A stretch of 64,000 bases of DNA from Candidatus Bathyarchaeota archaeon (GCA_005888755.1 VBBQ01000028.1:78040-142039); one strand, 5' to 3'; numbered from the stretch's first letter, positions 1 through 8,863 are shown. Notes: a model not told the origin generated them from the letters alone. Numbers and translations are program-made.

Positions 1-942
1 CAAGGGCGTTGCTGGCGCAAGGTAAATGCCGTATCCGAGCACGAAAAAGGGCAGAACGAGAAAGGCGAAGAGGAGTACCAATCGATACGCTGCCCGAAAA
101 AGCGGATGATTTCCTGATACGGAGTAGAAGTTCTTCCTCCATCCTCGCCAGATTTCCGGAAGGCTGGAGTACATCCGGACACCCAGCGAGTCAGAGGCTG
201 TGACCATTCTGAGTCTGAGACCATTCGCTTTGATCAGCCTGCCTAGTGAGTAATCCTCCGATATTCTATCACGTACTGCGTAGTGTCCGCCGACTTTGTT
301 GTAGGCCTCACGGCGAAATAGCATGTACTGGCCATTTCCGAGGGCCCAACGAGGTTTGCTATCGTCGTTAACCCACTTGCCACCAACGAACATCATGATC
401 AGCCAGAAGATAGGGGGTTGGAGAAGCTTCTCCCAGAAAGTTCGAAGTATCGCTGCAGGAGCGAGAGTTACCAGATCGGCTTTTGTGGTCTCCAGATAAT
501 TCACTGACTTCGCCAGACTGTCGGGTGAATGGATAGAGTCGCCATCTGTGAACATGAGAAGAGCACCCACCGCCAGCTTGTAGCCTAGGTGGCAACCCCA
601 GTTCTTTCCTACCCAGCCTTGAGGAAGCGGTTCTTCCAGGACAAGCTTGATCTTACCATCGAAGGTCTTGAGGATGTCCTGGGTCCCATCACTAGAATTG
701 CCATCAACTACGATGATCTCTTTCTGGGGATAGTCTAATCCAACCAGTGAGGCCACGCATTCCGAGACTGTGTTTGCTTGATTTCGAACTGGAAGAATAA
801 TCGAGACACTGGGACTGTTCAGAGTGGAAATGGAACCTTCTGGCAACGCCGGGAAGTGCATCAGGGTAAGATACTCGTATCCAGCTAGAAGGAACACTAG
901 GATCGATTGGACGATAAGCAAAGCGTCTATTACTAGAGACAA
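1..942 (-). CDS. Family 2 glycosyltransferase (dolichyl-phosphate sugar transferase-like), C-terminus off window; N-terminal TM helix
   Basis: Manual minus-strand translation (plus codon phase 1 mod 3) is open from 990 down to position 1 with no stop. It contains SVSIILPVRNQ...EIIVVDGNSSDGT and an FTDGD region, which are classic GT2 motifs. It is absent from the ORF track because there is no stop inside the window. Start guessed at TTG 942 (TM helix LSLVIDALLIVQSILVFLLAG); the first ATG is at 861. Confidence 0.7.
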   Translation of the reverse strand, partial: MSLVIDALLIVQSILVFLLAGYEYLTLMHFPALPEGSISTLNSPSVSIILPVRNQANTVSECVASLVGLDYPQKEIIVVDGNSSDGTQDILKTFDGKIKLVLEEPLPQGWVGKNWGCHLGYKLAVGALLMFTDGDSIHSPDSLAKSVNYLETTKADLVTLAPAAILRTFWEKLLQPPIFWLIMMFVGGKWVNDDSKPRWALGNGQYMLFRREAYNKVGGHYAVRDRISEDYSLGRLIKANGLRLRMVTASDSLGVRMYSSLPEIWRGWRKNFYSVSGNHPLFRAAYRLVLLFAFLVLPFFVLGYGIYLAPATPL

Positions 943-1025
943 TGCGCAGGGGTCCCGAAAGTAGCTCGCGGACGCTTGCTGAACGGCATTCTAGATAAGA
1001 ACTTGGCAGTTCGACTGTTGGCGGG

Positions 1026-1301
1026 CTAGTCTCTCCACCGGCCCATCATCCCTCTGCGACCGGCCCAGCGACCGGCATAGGTTATCCATAGGATCGCGAG
1101 GGCGGCAATTGCAATAATCATGGCAACCAGGACTACAACGATTTTTTGGAAAAGATCGTAGCCCGAGGTGTAGAAGCCTACAAAGATTAGAGATCCGGCC
1201 AGAAAAGCCGCTAGGGTGATTATCGACAGTACGGCTCGTGCCATAAGTCCGCGCGGCATCTGATTGACTTCTTTCTCCATCTGGAATCGACGAGAAACCA
1301 T
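1026..1301 (-). CDS. Small two-TM membrane protein, hypothetical
   Basis: 91-aa ORF with two hydrophobic helices, immediately upstream of and co-directional with the GT2 gene. Confidence 0.35.
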   Translation of the reverse strand: MVSRRFQMEKEVNQMPRGLMARAVLSIITLAAFLAGSLIFVGFYTSGYDLFQKIVVVLVAMIIAIAALAILWITYAGRWAGRRGMMGRWRD

Positions 1302-1639
1302 CAGTGCCTGCCGCTAATAAGGTAGCAGCCTACAAAAGACTGGAGTTGTGTTCCGCGAGAATAAGATGACAGACTCTAACGAGTCCTCATTTCCCTGATA
1401 TAGTTCTGTCCTGGTTTTCTGCCGAGGACGAACCTCTTCTCAGAATTCCGCCTAACTCTCTCTCTCGGCGATAGACCTGGCTTGTTCATTGCCTGAATCT
1501 TTGGGGTCTGCTGTCTGACTTTTCCTGCCTTTGTTAGCGAGCCGTGAGTTGGGATTGCCTATTCCTTCCGAAGGCTTAGGAGGCGCCGTGAGATATTTAA
1601 TCGTTCCTTGTCCAAGGCTAGGCCACATTGAGGGAATAC

Positions 1640-2476
1640 TCAATGTCCTGCACCTAGCGGGACTTTCTTGCCTGATAAGTCTCGTCGAGTCTTTCCGAAC
1701 TCTGGCATGCCACTGAGCTCTCTTTCGGAGAATACTGGTCCGTCGTGGCACACGAGATATGGGCCGATTACGCAGGCGGCGCATATTCCGATTCCACATT
1801 TGAATACTCGTTCAAGGCTGACTTGTATGTGGCATCTCTTCTGCATGGCCAGATCGTATACCAGCTTCATCATGGGTTCAGGTCCGCAGGTGTAGATGGC
1901 ATCGAAGCTTCCTTCCTTCAGCACGTGTTCGACGACTTTTGGCACCTGGTTCTTCTCCCCATAGGTTCCATCATCGGTGGCGAAGAAGAGCTTGAAGTGG
2001 TGATCCTTGCTTTCCCTGAGCAACCATTCCTTGAACAAGAGCTCGCTCGACGTTCTCGCACCGGTGATCAGTGTGACATCTCGTCCTCTCAGATGGACGA
2101 GGAAAGAGATCAGGGGAACAAGACCTGTTCCGCCGCCTACAACGAGGAGTTTGTGGTGGTGTCCCACGCTGAACGGGTGGCCATATGGGCCTCGGACCCA
2201 GAACTTGTCGCCAACTTTCTTCTCCCAGAGGGCAGTGCTAACTGGTCCACCCTTCTTGATTACGACCCCCGCCTCGGACCTTCCATGAATCGCTAGTACG
2301 CTCATGGGAACTTCATCTACTCCTGGGACCCACACCATGGCAAACTGGCCGGGCTTTGCGCTGTGCAGAGTAGAATCGCTGAACCAGAAGGAACGGATTG
2401 ATGGCGTCTCGTCGACAATGCGGTCTATTCGGACGGATCTAGGAGTGTGAAGCTGTTGGGTTGTAACGGACTCCAA
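1640..2476 (-). CDS. FAD/NAD(P)-binding 2Fe-2S oxidoreductase, PyrK / hydrogenase gamma-subunit family
   Basis: 278 aa. Ferredoxin-NADP reductase-like fold with a GGGTG-like LLVVGGGTGLVP motif and a C-terminal CGIGICAACV Cys cluster typical of the PyrK electron-transfer subunit. Confidence 0.7.
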   Translation of the reverse strand: MESVTTQQLHTPRSVRIDRIVDETPSIRSFWFSDSTLHSAKPGQFAMVWVPGVDEVPMSVLAIHGRSEAGVVIKKGGPVSTALWEKKVGDKFWVRGPYGHPFSVGHHHKLLVVGGGTGLVPLISFLVHLRGRDVTLITGARTSSELLFKEWLLRESKDHHFKLFFATDDGTYGEKNQVPKVVEHVLKEGSFDAIYTCGPEPMMKLVYDLAMQKRCHIQVSLERVFKCGIGICAACVIGPYLVCHDGPVFSERELSGMPEFGKTRRDLSGKKVPLGAGH

Positions 2477-2561
2477 TTCTGGGAGTCGTGCGGAGAGGGG
2501 CGTACTAATGACTTACGAGAAGAGAGGTTTTGGATATATGCTGACCTCACATTTGTCATGA

Positions 2562-2939
2562 TCAGACAAGACGAGACGTAGCGGCGTAGACAGGCCGTTC
2601 CGGTAGTCTGTCGACCAGCTTCATCATTTCATCGTAGTGGTGCTGTATGATGTCTGCACCCTGTGGCCCCATCATCTTCTCAGCATTGGTTCTGCACTGG
2701 TTCATCGCAGTCAAGATTCCATCTTTTGTCGGGTCCGTGTAGCTAGCGCCACAGTTGACGAAAACTGATTCTACGAACTGTTTCACTTGTTGTTTAAGCT
2801 GTTCGTCGGTGACTGGTTGGTTGAGAAGTGTGGCGAACTCTTTGTTAGCGCTCTCGAAACAGGTCAACAGTTGGTCCCTAACGAACTCGGGAGTTACCTG
2901 CTCGGTTGGAACATCCGGTGCCTTGTATGTCTGGGTCAT
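2562..2939 (-). CDS. Hypothetical protein
   Basis: 125-aa ORF, not recognised; co-directional with the upstream PyrK-like gene. Confidence 0.4.
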   Translation of the reverse strand: MTQTYKAPDVPTEQVTPEFVRDQLLTCFESANKEFATLLNQPVTDEQLKQQVKQFVESVFVNCGASYTDPTKDGILTAMNQCRTNAEKMMGPQGADIIQHHYDEMMKLVDRLPERPVYAATSRLV

Positions 2940-2997
2940 AGAGCGCGTTTATGACATACGTTATATAAAGCCGTATCCCCTATCGATTGGATAAGGA

Positions 2998-4563
2998 TTG
3001 CAAGAAGCCACCGCCAAGCGCCAAGTCGACGAAGCACTCCTCAAGCGGTTCCAGAGCGAGATAAAGAGCAAAGTCCCTCACATTGTCGAAAGAGATGGAC
3101 GCAAGGCCTTCGCCAATGCAACGCCGTTGGAAGACCTGACAGCTCCCCTCGTCGAGTGCGCGCGCGTCGAATATGGCCTCGAAATACCTGCCAAGAACAT
3201 CAAGATCTTCGGAAAGTTTGATTCGAAGATCATGGGTGGCTCGGTCAAAGTTCGCCCTGCCATCGAAATAATCGAAGACGCGGTTGCCTCCGGCAAGCTA
3301 AGAACTGGTCAAACGGTCTTTGAAGCAACCTCCGGCAACTTTGGTATCGCCCTCGGGATGCTCGAAAGGATCGGCATCAATGTCGTCTTTCTCGTTTCAA
3401 GGAAGCTTCAGAGTGGGGTACTGGATGAGCTGAACAAGAATTCATCGAAGACCGTGAACCTAGACATCGATATCTGCCCCGCGCCAGCATTGGCAATGGA
3501 CCAGAACCTGGTTATTGTGAAGGCGACAGCGAACAATGTCCGCGAACAGCTAGCTGATCTCGGCCTAAGCAAAGTGCAGTTCGACAAGTCGCGAAACGAG
3601 ATAGAAGGTCTCCTCGCAAGACAAGACGCGATCAACCTCGCGAAACTATTAGCAAAGATCTACGGAGGTTTCTGCCCTGAACAATACGATAACGAGCTGA
3701 ACGTCAAATCGCACGAGGCCGTAACAGCACCAGAGATAGATCAACAGTTAAGAGAGCGTGAGCTTTCGCTCGCTGATTTCAAATTAATCTCCGCCTTCGG
3801 GACAGGAGGCACATCAGCCGGTATCGGCAAGTACGTCCAGACAAAATATGGCAAGAAATCTGTCCACGTAGTATTCCCCCTCAACAATCAAGACGTCGCA
3901 GGAATCCGGACGAAGGACAAGGCCCTGGGCCTGAGATTCTACAATCCAGCCCTGTATGCAGGACAGCATGAGGTTGACTTCGAACCAGCGAGGCGCGTCC
4001 TTCGCTTCTTCGTCGGGAGAGGCTACGACATTGGAGAAAGCAGCGCGCTAGCCCTCTACGCATGTCTACAGATGTTGAACTACGGTGTCGGGGACAAGTT
4101 CGTGGTGATGCTCGCCGATGGAATCGACAAGTACCGGAGCACCCTTGGAACGGTGGCGCAAGCACCTCCTCCGCTCGAAGTGACTCTTTCACAGGCCAGC
4201 TCCAGCGTTGCAGATTATGGCGAGGTTCTCTGGACTCATGGCATGTTCGTCCCGAAGGAGGATGGCATCAAACTCGTTGCGTCGTCCCTTGGCTGTGATG
4301 AGAGTAAGATCAAGGTCGCACGAGTATCTGACGTGCAGGAGTTAATCTCGACTGAGAAGATACCCGATAACATCAGCAACATTCTCCCAAAGGATAATCG
4401 GAAGGTCCTATTGGTCTGTATGGCTGGAGGCACGTCGTTGCGCGTTGCACAGATCCTTGCCGCAAAGGGAATACCGGGTCAAAGCCTCACCGGGGGAATA
4501 ATGAGTCTGTCCGAGAACAGTAAGAAACAGCCGTCCGACCTAGTGCAGATGGCCCGAGAGTAG
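2998..4563 (+). CDS. PLP-dependent enzyme (Trp-synthase-beta/cysteine-synthase fold) fused to a C-terminal rhodanese-like domain
   Basis: 521 aa with a TTG start. N-terminus: KIMGGSVKVRPA, TSGNFGIALG, and later the glycine loop FGTGGTSAGIGKY and SSALALYA, all PALP-fold hallmarks. C-terminus: KVLLVCMAGGTSLRVAQILAAKGIPGQSLTGGI resembles a rhodanese active-site loop. About 100 aa are inserted between the lysine region and the Gly loop. Confidence 0.65.
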   Translation: MQEATAKRQVDEALLKRFQSEIKSKVPHIVERDGRKAFANATPLEDLTAPLVECARVEYGLEIPAKNIKIFGKFDSKIMGGSVKVRPAIEIIEDAVASGKLRTGQTVFEATSGNFGIALGMLERIGINVVFLVSRKLQSGVLDELNKNSSKTVNLDIDICPAPALAMDQNLVIVKATANNVREQLADLGLSKVQFDKSRNEIEGLLARQDAINLAKLLAKIYGGFCPEQYDNELNVKSHEAVTAPEIDQQLRERELSLADFKLISAFGTGGTSAGIGKYVQTKYGKKSVHVVFPLNNQDVAGIRTKDKALGLRFYNPALYAGQHEVDFEPARRVLRFFVGRGYDIGESSALALYACLQMLNYGVGDKFVVMLADGIDKYRSTLGTVAQAPPPLEVTLSQASSSVADYGEVLWTHGMFVPKEDGIKLVASSLGCDESKIKVARVSDVQELISTEKIPDNISNILPKDNRKVLLVCMAGGTSLRVAQILAAKGIPGQSLTGGIMSLSENSKKQPSDLVQMARE

Positions 4564-4663
4564 ACGCAGGTCACAACCAGGGTTCAGGCGCGTTTCGTGC
4601 CAGAAAGAAGCGTCTAGAGGGAGCAAAGGTACCGGCTTGATCGATTTCCATCAGATGATTAGT

Positions 4664-4672
4664 GCATTTTTG
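4664..4672 (+). terminator. Oligo-T stretch (gcatttttgc) downstream of the 2998..4563 gene; possible archaeal terminator
   Basis: T5 run in the convergent intergenic region between 4563 and 4679. Confidence 0.2.
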
Positions 4673-4678
4673 CTCTTA

Positions 4679-6103
4679 CTAGGAGAAGAAGAGCCGTGTC
4701 TCGCCCATCGTTCTAACATCCAACTGCTCGACGTCTACCATTAGCGGCAAGTCTTTGACGACATTCCCTAGTAGCAAGCATCGTCTGGTTGGTATTCCTC
4801 TGACAAGGTAGCGTATCGTATCGCTGTCCGCCTTCGCCACCTTGCCGATAGCTTCAATGTCGTGTTCGTTTGTGAAGTTGAAGATGAACACGTTGTCCGC
4901 CTGGCGGTAGATCGCCTCCTGGACTGTATCCGGTTGGTTCGTGATGAAAGTGGTGAATAGTCCAATATGTCTCATCCGGGTAACAATATCGTCCCAGTAG
5001 GTATCCCGTAGGTAGAGGTGCGCTTCCTCGGCGAAGAGAAACACGGCCTTAAGCCAGTTGGAAGAGAGAATTTTGGTCAGTTCTCCGAGAAAGATCTCGA
5101 CTAGTATTCTTCGGACGATCTGGCTCTGATTTTTCAGATTAACCACTAAGACTCCGCCTCCCTCGATGGTGTGGAGAATCCTCTCTTCGGTCAACGGGTT
5201 CGCCTCGTCAAACAATCCAGATTCCATCAAGACCTGCAACCTGGAAGTTAGAGCTTCGCGAACGCTGTCATGGCAACTCCACGACTGGACCGCCTGGATC
5301 ACTGTTGGGAGAGTCAGATCTCCTCGAGCTTCAAGATCTTTCCAGATAGTGGTGAAGACCTTGGATGAGGTTGCCGGAAGGTCGAGCGCATGACTCAAGA
5401 CTCCAGCGACTGTTCTCAGCCCTAGTTTGGACATGGAGAAGTTCAGCCCACTCCTAGGGGCTAGGACCGTCAGCCTTGCCGATGATTGTCGTCCATCCTT
5501 AGACTTGTGGAGGTTGATGTACTCCCCGTTAACGTCCAGGACAATACAAGGCGCACCCCATCCCGCCATCGACAACAAAAGTAGCTTCGCCAGGTGAGAC
5601 TTGCCCGAACCTTTTCTTCCCGTGATTATGTTTAGACCGCCATCTAGTCCGCTGGCGTCCACGCTGATTGGTTCGCCATCGTTGTGTCCGAGCTTGACTG
5701 GCATTTTTCCACCGTTCATTATCAGTCGGTTGACCGGGTAGGGTCGAATCTTTGATGATGTCCGCGATGGCAACCAGGAAGAGCTGGGCGAAAGACTCCC
5801 GTCCTGCGCGATTGTCCCGCGGATCTTGCAGACAGCCAATCTCGTATCTTTCAAGGCGTCCACTTGGCTCGAAATGTTCAGCGGGTCGACATCCTGCCCC
5901 GACAGCTCCCCGTCCGTCATCACGTCTCTGAGAATGTCCTCAAGGACCCCTGGAACGTTGGCGTATTGGAGGTCAATCGCTTGGACAAGCAAGCCTCTTG
6001 ACTGAGCGGGATCCTCGATGACGAAATAGTCGCCTTTCTGAACATGTTCGTCCGGGAAGGCTATGAGCTGGACCTCGTCAGCCTCCTTCCGGTAGATTCG
6101 CAT
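4679..6103 (-). CDS. herA: HerA-like (FtsK/HerA superfamily, DUF87-type) ATPase
   Basis: 474 aa. Walker A is NIITGRKGSGKSHLAKLL, followed by IVLDVNGEYINL (the HerA hhDxhGEY motif) and LFAEEAHLY (Walker B-like). Its start codon abuts the stop of the upstream gene (TAG-ATG at 6101-6106). Confidence 0.75.
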   Translation of the reverse strand: MRIYRKEADEVQLIAFPDEHVQKGDYFVIEDPAQSRGLLVQAIDLQYANVPGVLEDILRDVMTDGELSGQDVDPLNISSQVDALKDTRLAVCKIRGTIAQDGSLSPSSSWLPSRTSSKIRPYPVNRLIMNGGKMPVKLGHNDGEPISVDASGLDGGLNIITGRKGSGKSHLAKLLLLSMAGWGAPCIVLDVNGEYINLHKSKDGRQSSARLTVLAPRSGLNFSMSKLGLRTVAGVLSHALDLPATSSKVFTTIWKDLEARGDLTLPTVIQAVQSWSCHDSVREALTSRLQVLMESGLFDEANPLTEERILHTIEGGGVLVVNLKNQSQIVRRILVEIFLGELTKILSSNWLKAVFLFAEEAHLYLRDTYWDDIVTRMRHIGLFTTFITNQPDTVQEAIYRQADNVFIFNFTNEHDIEAIGKVAKADSDTIRYLVRGIPTRRCLLLGNVVKDLPLMVDVEQLDVRTMGETRLFFS

Positions 6104-7210
6104 CTAGGCCACGTACCTGCTCGATCCAAATGGTCCGAACAAAGACCGCCGAAGATTCGGCCGAGCCTGAAGACTGACATGATGATTGAAGGCAATGAAC
6201 CGCTGGACTGCGAGGATCTCGTTCGCGGTGAAAGTACTGAAGATGTGGGCAATCCTCAACGTCTCAGGGTAGCCGTGGAAGATAACATCGGTTCCGGCAA
6301 TTCGCCCGAGAGCAACCAATGCTTGTTGTTCGTCAGTATCCTTGTCAATATCGGTTCGGAACAGGAAACCATCTGGTGAGAGCTTCGAGACGCAGACTCG
6401 TCCAAGGAATCTGATCGGATAGGCTGGGTACTCGTTCTTGACAACTGATGTTATGTCGATGATATGCGGGATCTTTTCGGCGTCGAAGAAGCCGAGAATA
6501 TTCTTCCCTCCAACCGTAAGCTGAGTGGATTTCGAGAGCGCGATGACAATGCTGTTATTGTTGCGAGCGGTTGAGAGGATTCGTTGAACTCTGCTCGAAG
6601 GATTGTCGGGAGTCCCTGCGGTCAACGACCCGTCCAGCAGCACAATACCATCCTTGACCGTGATTGCTAGTTCTTCCTGGACCCAGCGTTCCACATGATT
6701 CCTCAGCTTCGTCAGAACGCGGAGGGTCTTGACTGACAATCCGCCGAAAGCCCGTGACTCATCATCTCGGTACTTTTCTTGTTGGCCATCAGAGTTTGGA
6801 ATGTGGAAGAGCAATGGTCCCCAGCGCGTGAAAGCAATTCTCTCGGGCTGTCTCCAGACCGCTACCGCGCGTATGGCGAAGATCATTCCGGTCTCTGTCT
6901 CGCCGATCTTGACGCTGGACGCATCGCATGCGGCTATTGGTACAATGTCTCTCAGTGGATTGATCGGGCTGCGTTTCAAACCCATTGCGATCGACGATGC
7001 GCCGATTTCCAGCTGCTCGTCAGAATCTCCATCATCTAATCCCATATCCACGAGAGACACGGTCCGCGGGTTGAGGGTGGACCCACGTAGCGATTGCATC
7101 GATTTTGTCGAGAGCTGTAGAAGCGCTTCCGGTATTGGATGTTGCAGCTCCTCCGGTATGCTTTTTAATTGTGCTAGAGGTTCAGTTAGTTCCTGGGTGC
7201 GGTGGAGCAA
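6104..7210 (-). CDS. NurA-like nuclease candidate (tentative), translationally coupled to the HerA-like ATPase
   Basis: 368 aa. Size and position fit NurA partners of HerA. It has IVLLDGSL and CDASS segments reminiscent of NurA Asp motifs. The assignment is by context and weak motif resemblance only. Confidence 0.45.
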   Translation of the reverse strand: MLHRTQELTEPLAQLKSIPEELQHPIPEALLQLSTKSMQSLRGSTLNPRTVSLVDMGLDDGDSDEQLEIGASSIAMGLKRSPINPLRDIVPIAACDASSVKIGETETGMIFAIRAVAVWRQPERIAFTRWGPLLFHIPNSDGQQEKYRDDESRAFGGLSVKTLRVLTKLRNHVERWVQEELAITVKDGIVLLDGSLTAGTPDNPSSRVQRILSTARNNNSIVIALSKSTQLTVGGKNILGFFDAEKIPHIIDITSVVKNEYPAYPIRFLGRVCVSKLSPDGFLFRTDIDKDTDEQQALVALGRIAGTDVIFHGYPETLRIAHIFSTFTANEILAVQRFIAFNHHVSLQARPNLRRSLFGPFGSSRYVA

Positions 7211-7277
7211 GGTTAGATTCCCCCAGTATTGGGCGGGAGATCCCCCTCTCCCGCCTGTCCCCGCACCCTCTCGATTA

Positions 7278-7814
7278 TCATCCTGGCGCGGTCACCTTTG
7301 TTTCATGCTGGGAAGTCGCCGCCCGCGCGGTTACGCCTCTCGCTATCTCGTGCGATTTGCGGATTCCCTGGATTGATAACCTGTAATTTCCTTCGTGGGT
7401 CCGTTCGACGATACCGGTCTTCCCCAACATCGCCAAGGTGTTGCGGACTGTCTTAACAGATTTTCCGATAGCCTTGCTGATATTCTCAGGGCTCATATCG
7501 ACGCTAGGTCGAGCACCCACCGCGTGGGCAACCCGAGTCGCTAGAAGGACGAGCGAGATTGAGTTTTCTGCCGACATTTCCGGCTTCAGAAAGACAGCCT
7601 CACCCTCAGGCGTGAGTTTGACCGTCTCCGAAAGGTCGTCTACCATCGACGAATAGTCCGGTGCAAACGTCAGTTTCGATGCAAGTGAATAGTTGGGCAG
7701 GACCTGTGCTGCGAACCGCATAACCTCCTGCACTACCGTCTCTAGGTCGCCTTCGACTGTGTGTTTGATGTCTCCCCATTCGATCTGAACCTTGATCTTT
7801 GGACGCTCTATCAT
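7278..7814 (-). CDS. Winged-helix DNA-binding protein, paralog B (N-terminal unknown domain + C-terminal wHTH)
   Basis: 178 aa. C-terminal ISKAIGKSVKTVRNTLAMLGKTGIVERTHEGNYRLS is wHTH-like. The N-terminal domain resembles the adjacent gene (shared ...VV.E......P..LASKL....PEG pattern). Confidence 0.5.
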   Translation of the reverse strand: MIERPKIKVQIEWGDIKHTVEGDLETVVQEVMRFAAQVLPNYSLASKLTFAPDYSSMVDDLSETVKLTPEGEAVFLKPEMSAENSISLVLLATRVAHAVGARPSVDMSPENISKAIGKSVKTVRNTLAMLGKTGIVERTHEGNYRLSIQGIRKSHEIARGVTARAATSQHETKVTAPG

Positions 7815-7820
7815 TGCTCT

Positions 7821-8369
7821 CTACCTCTCCGGTAACTGCGCGGCTTTTGGCATCAGGGTTTGGATGACGACTCGTTGTCCCATTGTGGTCAATCTGTAGG
7901 AGCCTTTTCCGATTCGTTCTATGAGTTGTTCTCGGACTAGTTCGCTGAGCCGACCTGCTATGGTCCCGGTTACGCGCCCCGTGATCTTGGCCAGTTCTTC
8001 CAGTGAGATTGAATCGTTCTCTTTCTTTCCCATTAGGTAGAACATCCGAGCTCCGGCAACGTGAAGCATCATCAGCTCTCGATCCTTCAAAGTCGTGGTA
8101 TCTTTCAGGATCACAAGCCCCTCGGGAGAATAGGCGAGGACTCCAGCGCAGCTTTGGAGAAACTCCGCGCTGTCAATGGAGAGTACGAGCTTTGATGCTA
8201 GTTCAAGGGAAGGGTAGGCTTTCGAGAAGAAGATGACAAGTTCGCGAACAACATTCTCGGGATTTCCTATGACCTTGGTCTCTGCCCCGTTGTGTCTAAC
8301 CGTGACTTCTATCGTCCCGGTGGGCTGGCCGGGCTGAACTGAGCTCTGAACTGCTTCCAAGTCGGACAA
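7821..8369 (-). CDS. Winged-helix DNA-binding protein, paralog A (same architecture as 7278..7814)
   Basis: 182 aa. C-terminal LEELAKITGRVTGTIAGRLSELVREQLIERIGKGSYRLT is wHTH-like. It is the first gene of the four-gene minus-strand operon. Confidence 0.5.
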   Translation of the reverse strand: MSDLEAVQSSVQPGQPTGTIEVTVRHNGAETKVIGNPENVVRELVIFFSKAYPSLELASKLVLSIDSAEFLQSCAGVLAYSPEGLVILKDTTTLKDRELMMLHVAGARMFYLMGKKENDSISLEELAKITGRVTGTIAGRLSELVREQLIERIGKGSYRLTTMGQRVVIQTLMPKAAQLPER

Positions 8370-8398
8370 TTATGCTCAGCCCGAGCGTTCCTCGTTGT

Positions 8399-8407
8399 AG
8401 ATATATA
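8399..8407 (-). promoter_or_regulatory. TATA-like element (gatatataa) about 30 bp upstream of the 8369 start codon; candidate promoter of the wHTH-wHTH-NurA-HerA operon
   Basis: AT-rich TATATA at 8401-8407 in an otherwise GC-balanced intergenic region. Confidence 0.3.
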
Positions 8408-8433
8408 ACGATTTTCGGTCCCGAACCTCTTCC

Positions 8434-8520
8434 TACAAGGTGTTACTCTGGAAAACGGGAGTGAAAGTGAAAGTGTTTCGCCGAAACAACGGAATCGGGA
8501 AGTCATACAAGGTGTTACTC
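8434..8520. promoter_or_regulatory. Pair of 15-bp direct repeats TACAAGGTGTTACTC (8434-8448, 8506-8520) flanking a GTGAAA tandem (8461-8476) and the palindrome GTTTCGCCGAAAC (8475-8487); candidate operator array in the divergent promoter
   Basis: Exact repeats read directly from the sequence, in the 240-bp divergent region between the 8369 (-) and 8612 (+) genes. Confidence 0.45.
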
Positions 8521-8611
8521 CCAGCCCTCTCAAGAACACGCTAAGAGAATTCTCACGAATCGAATCTCCCACTATAGCTTTATCTGATTAGTCCTTCCAC
8601 GCTTCGCACCA

Positions 8612-8863
8612 ATGCACTATAACGAGCTCAAGATCCGCGTACTCAGCCTATTCGAGTCGGCACAGGAGTTCGACAGTCTCAAAATCCGCCAGCTCCTGGC
8701 CACAGAAAAGACTCTCAAATTGACGGACAAAGCGGTCGAAATGGCTCTCATGCGCTACTGGAGACAAGGACTCCTGAGCCGTACCCGTAAGTCAGGAATG
8801 TTCCATTACTCTCTTACCAAACGAGGCCTCGCTCGAAAGGAGTGGTTGATGAATAGCAGATGA
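8612..8863 (+). CDS. Small DNA-binding-like protein (possible wHTH regulator), hypothetical
   Basis: 83 aa. Divergent from the wHTH/HerA operon. Basic C-terminus (RTRKSGMFHYSLTKRGLARKEW) resembles a wing/recognition region. Confidence 0.4.
   Translation: MHYNELKIRVLSLFESAQEFDSLKIRQLLATEKTLKLTDKAVEMALMRYWRQGLLSRTRKSGMFHYSLTKRGLARKEWLMNSR

Noticed and set aside
9-595. ORFs 9..203 (+) and 368..595 (-)
   Set aside because: They fall within or antisense to the continuous GT2 glycosyltransferase frame (1..942, minus strand), which has clear family motifs. Their translations are low-complexity.
6044-7456. Plus-strand ORFs 6044..6379, 6729..7376, 6779..7039, 7105..7386, 7229..7456 and minus 6061..6252, 6256..6444
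   Set aside because: They overlap the NurA-like and HerA-like minus-strand genes in alternative frames and have Arg/Ser/Pro-rich composition. They were taken as non-coding shadows.
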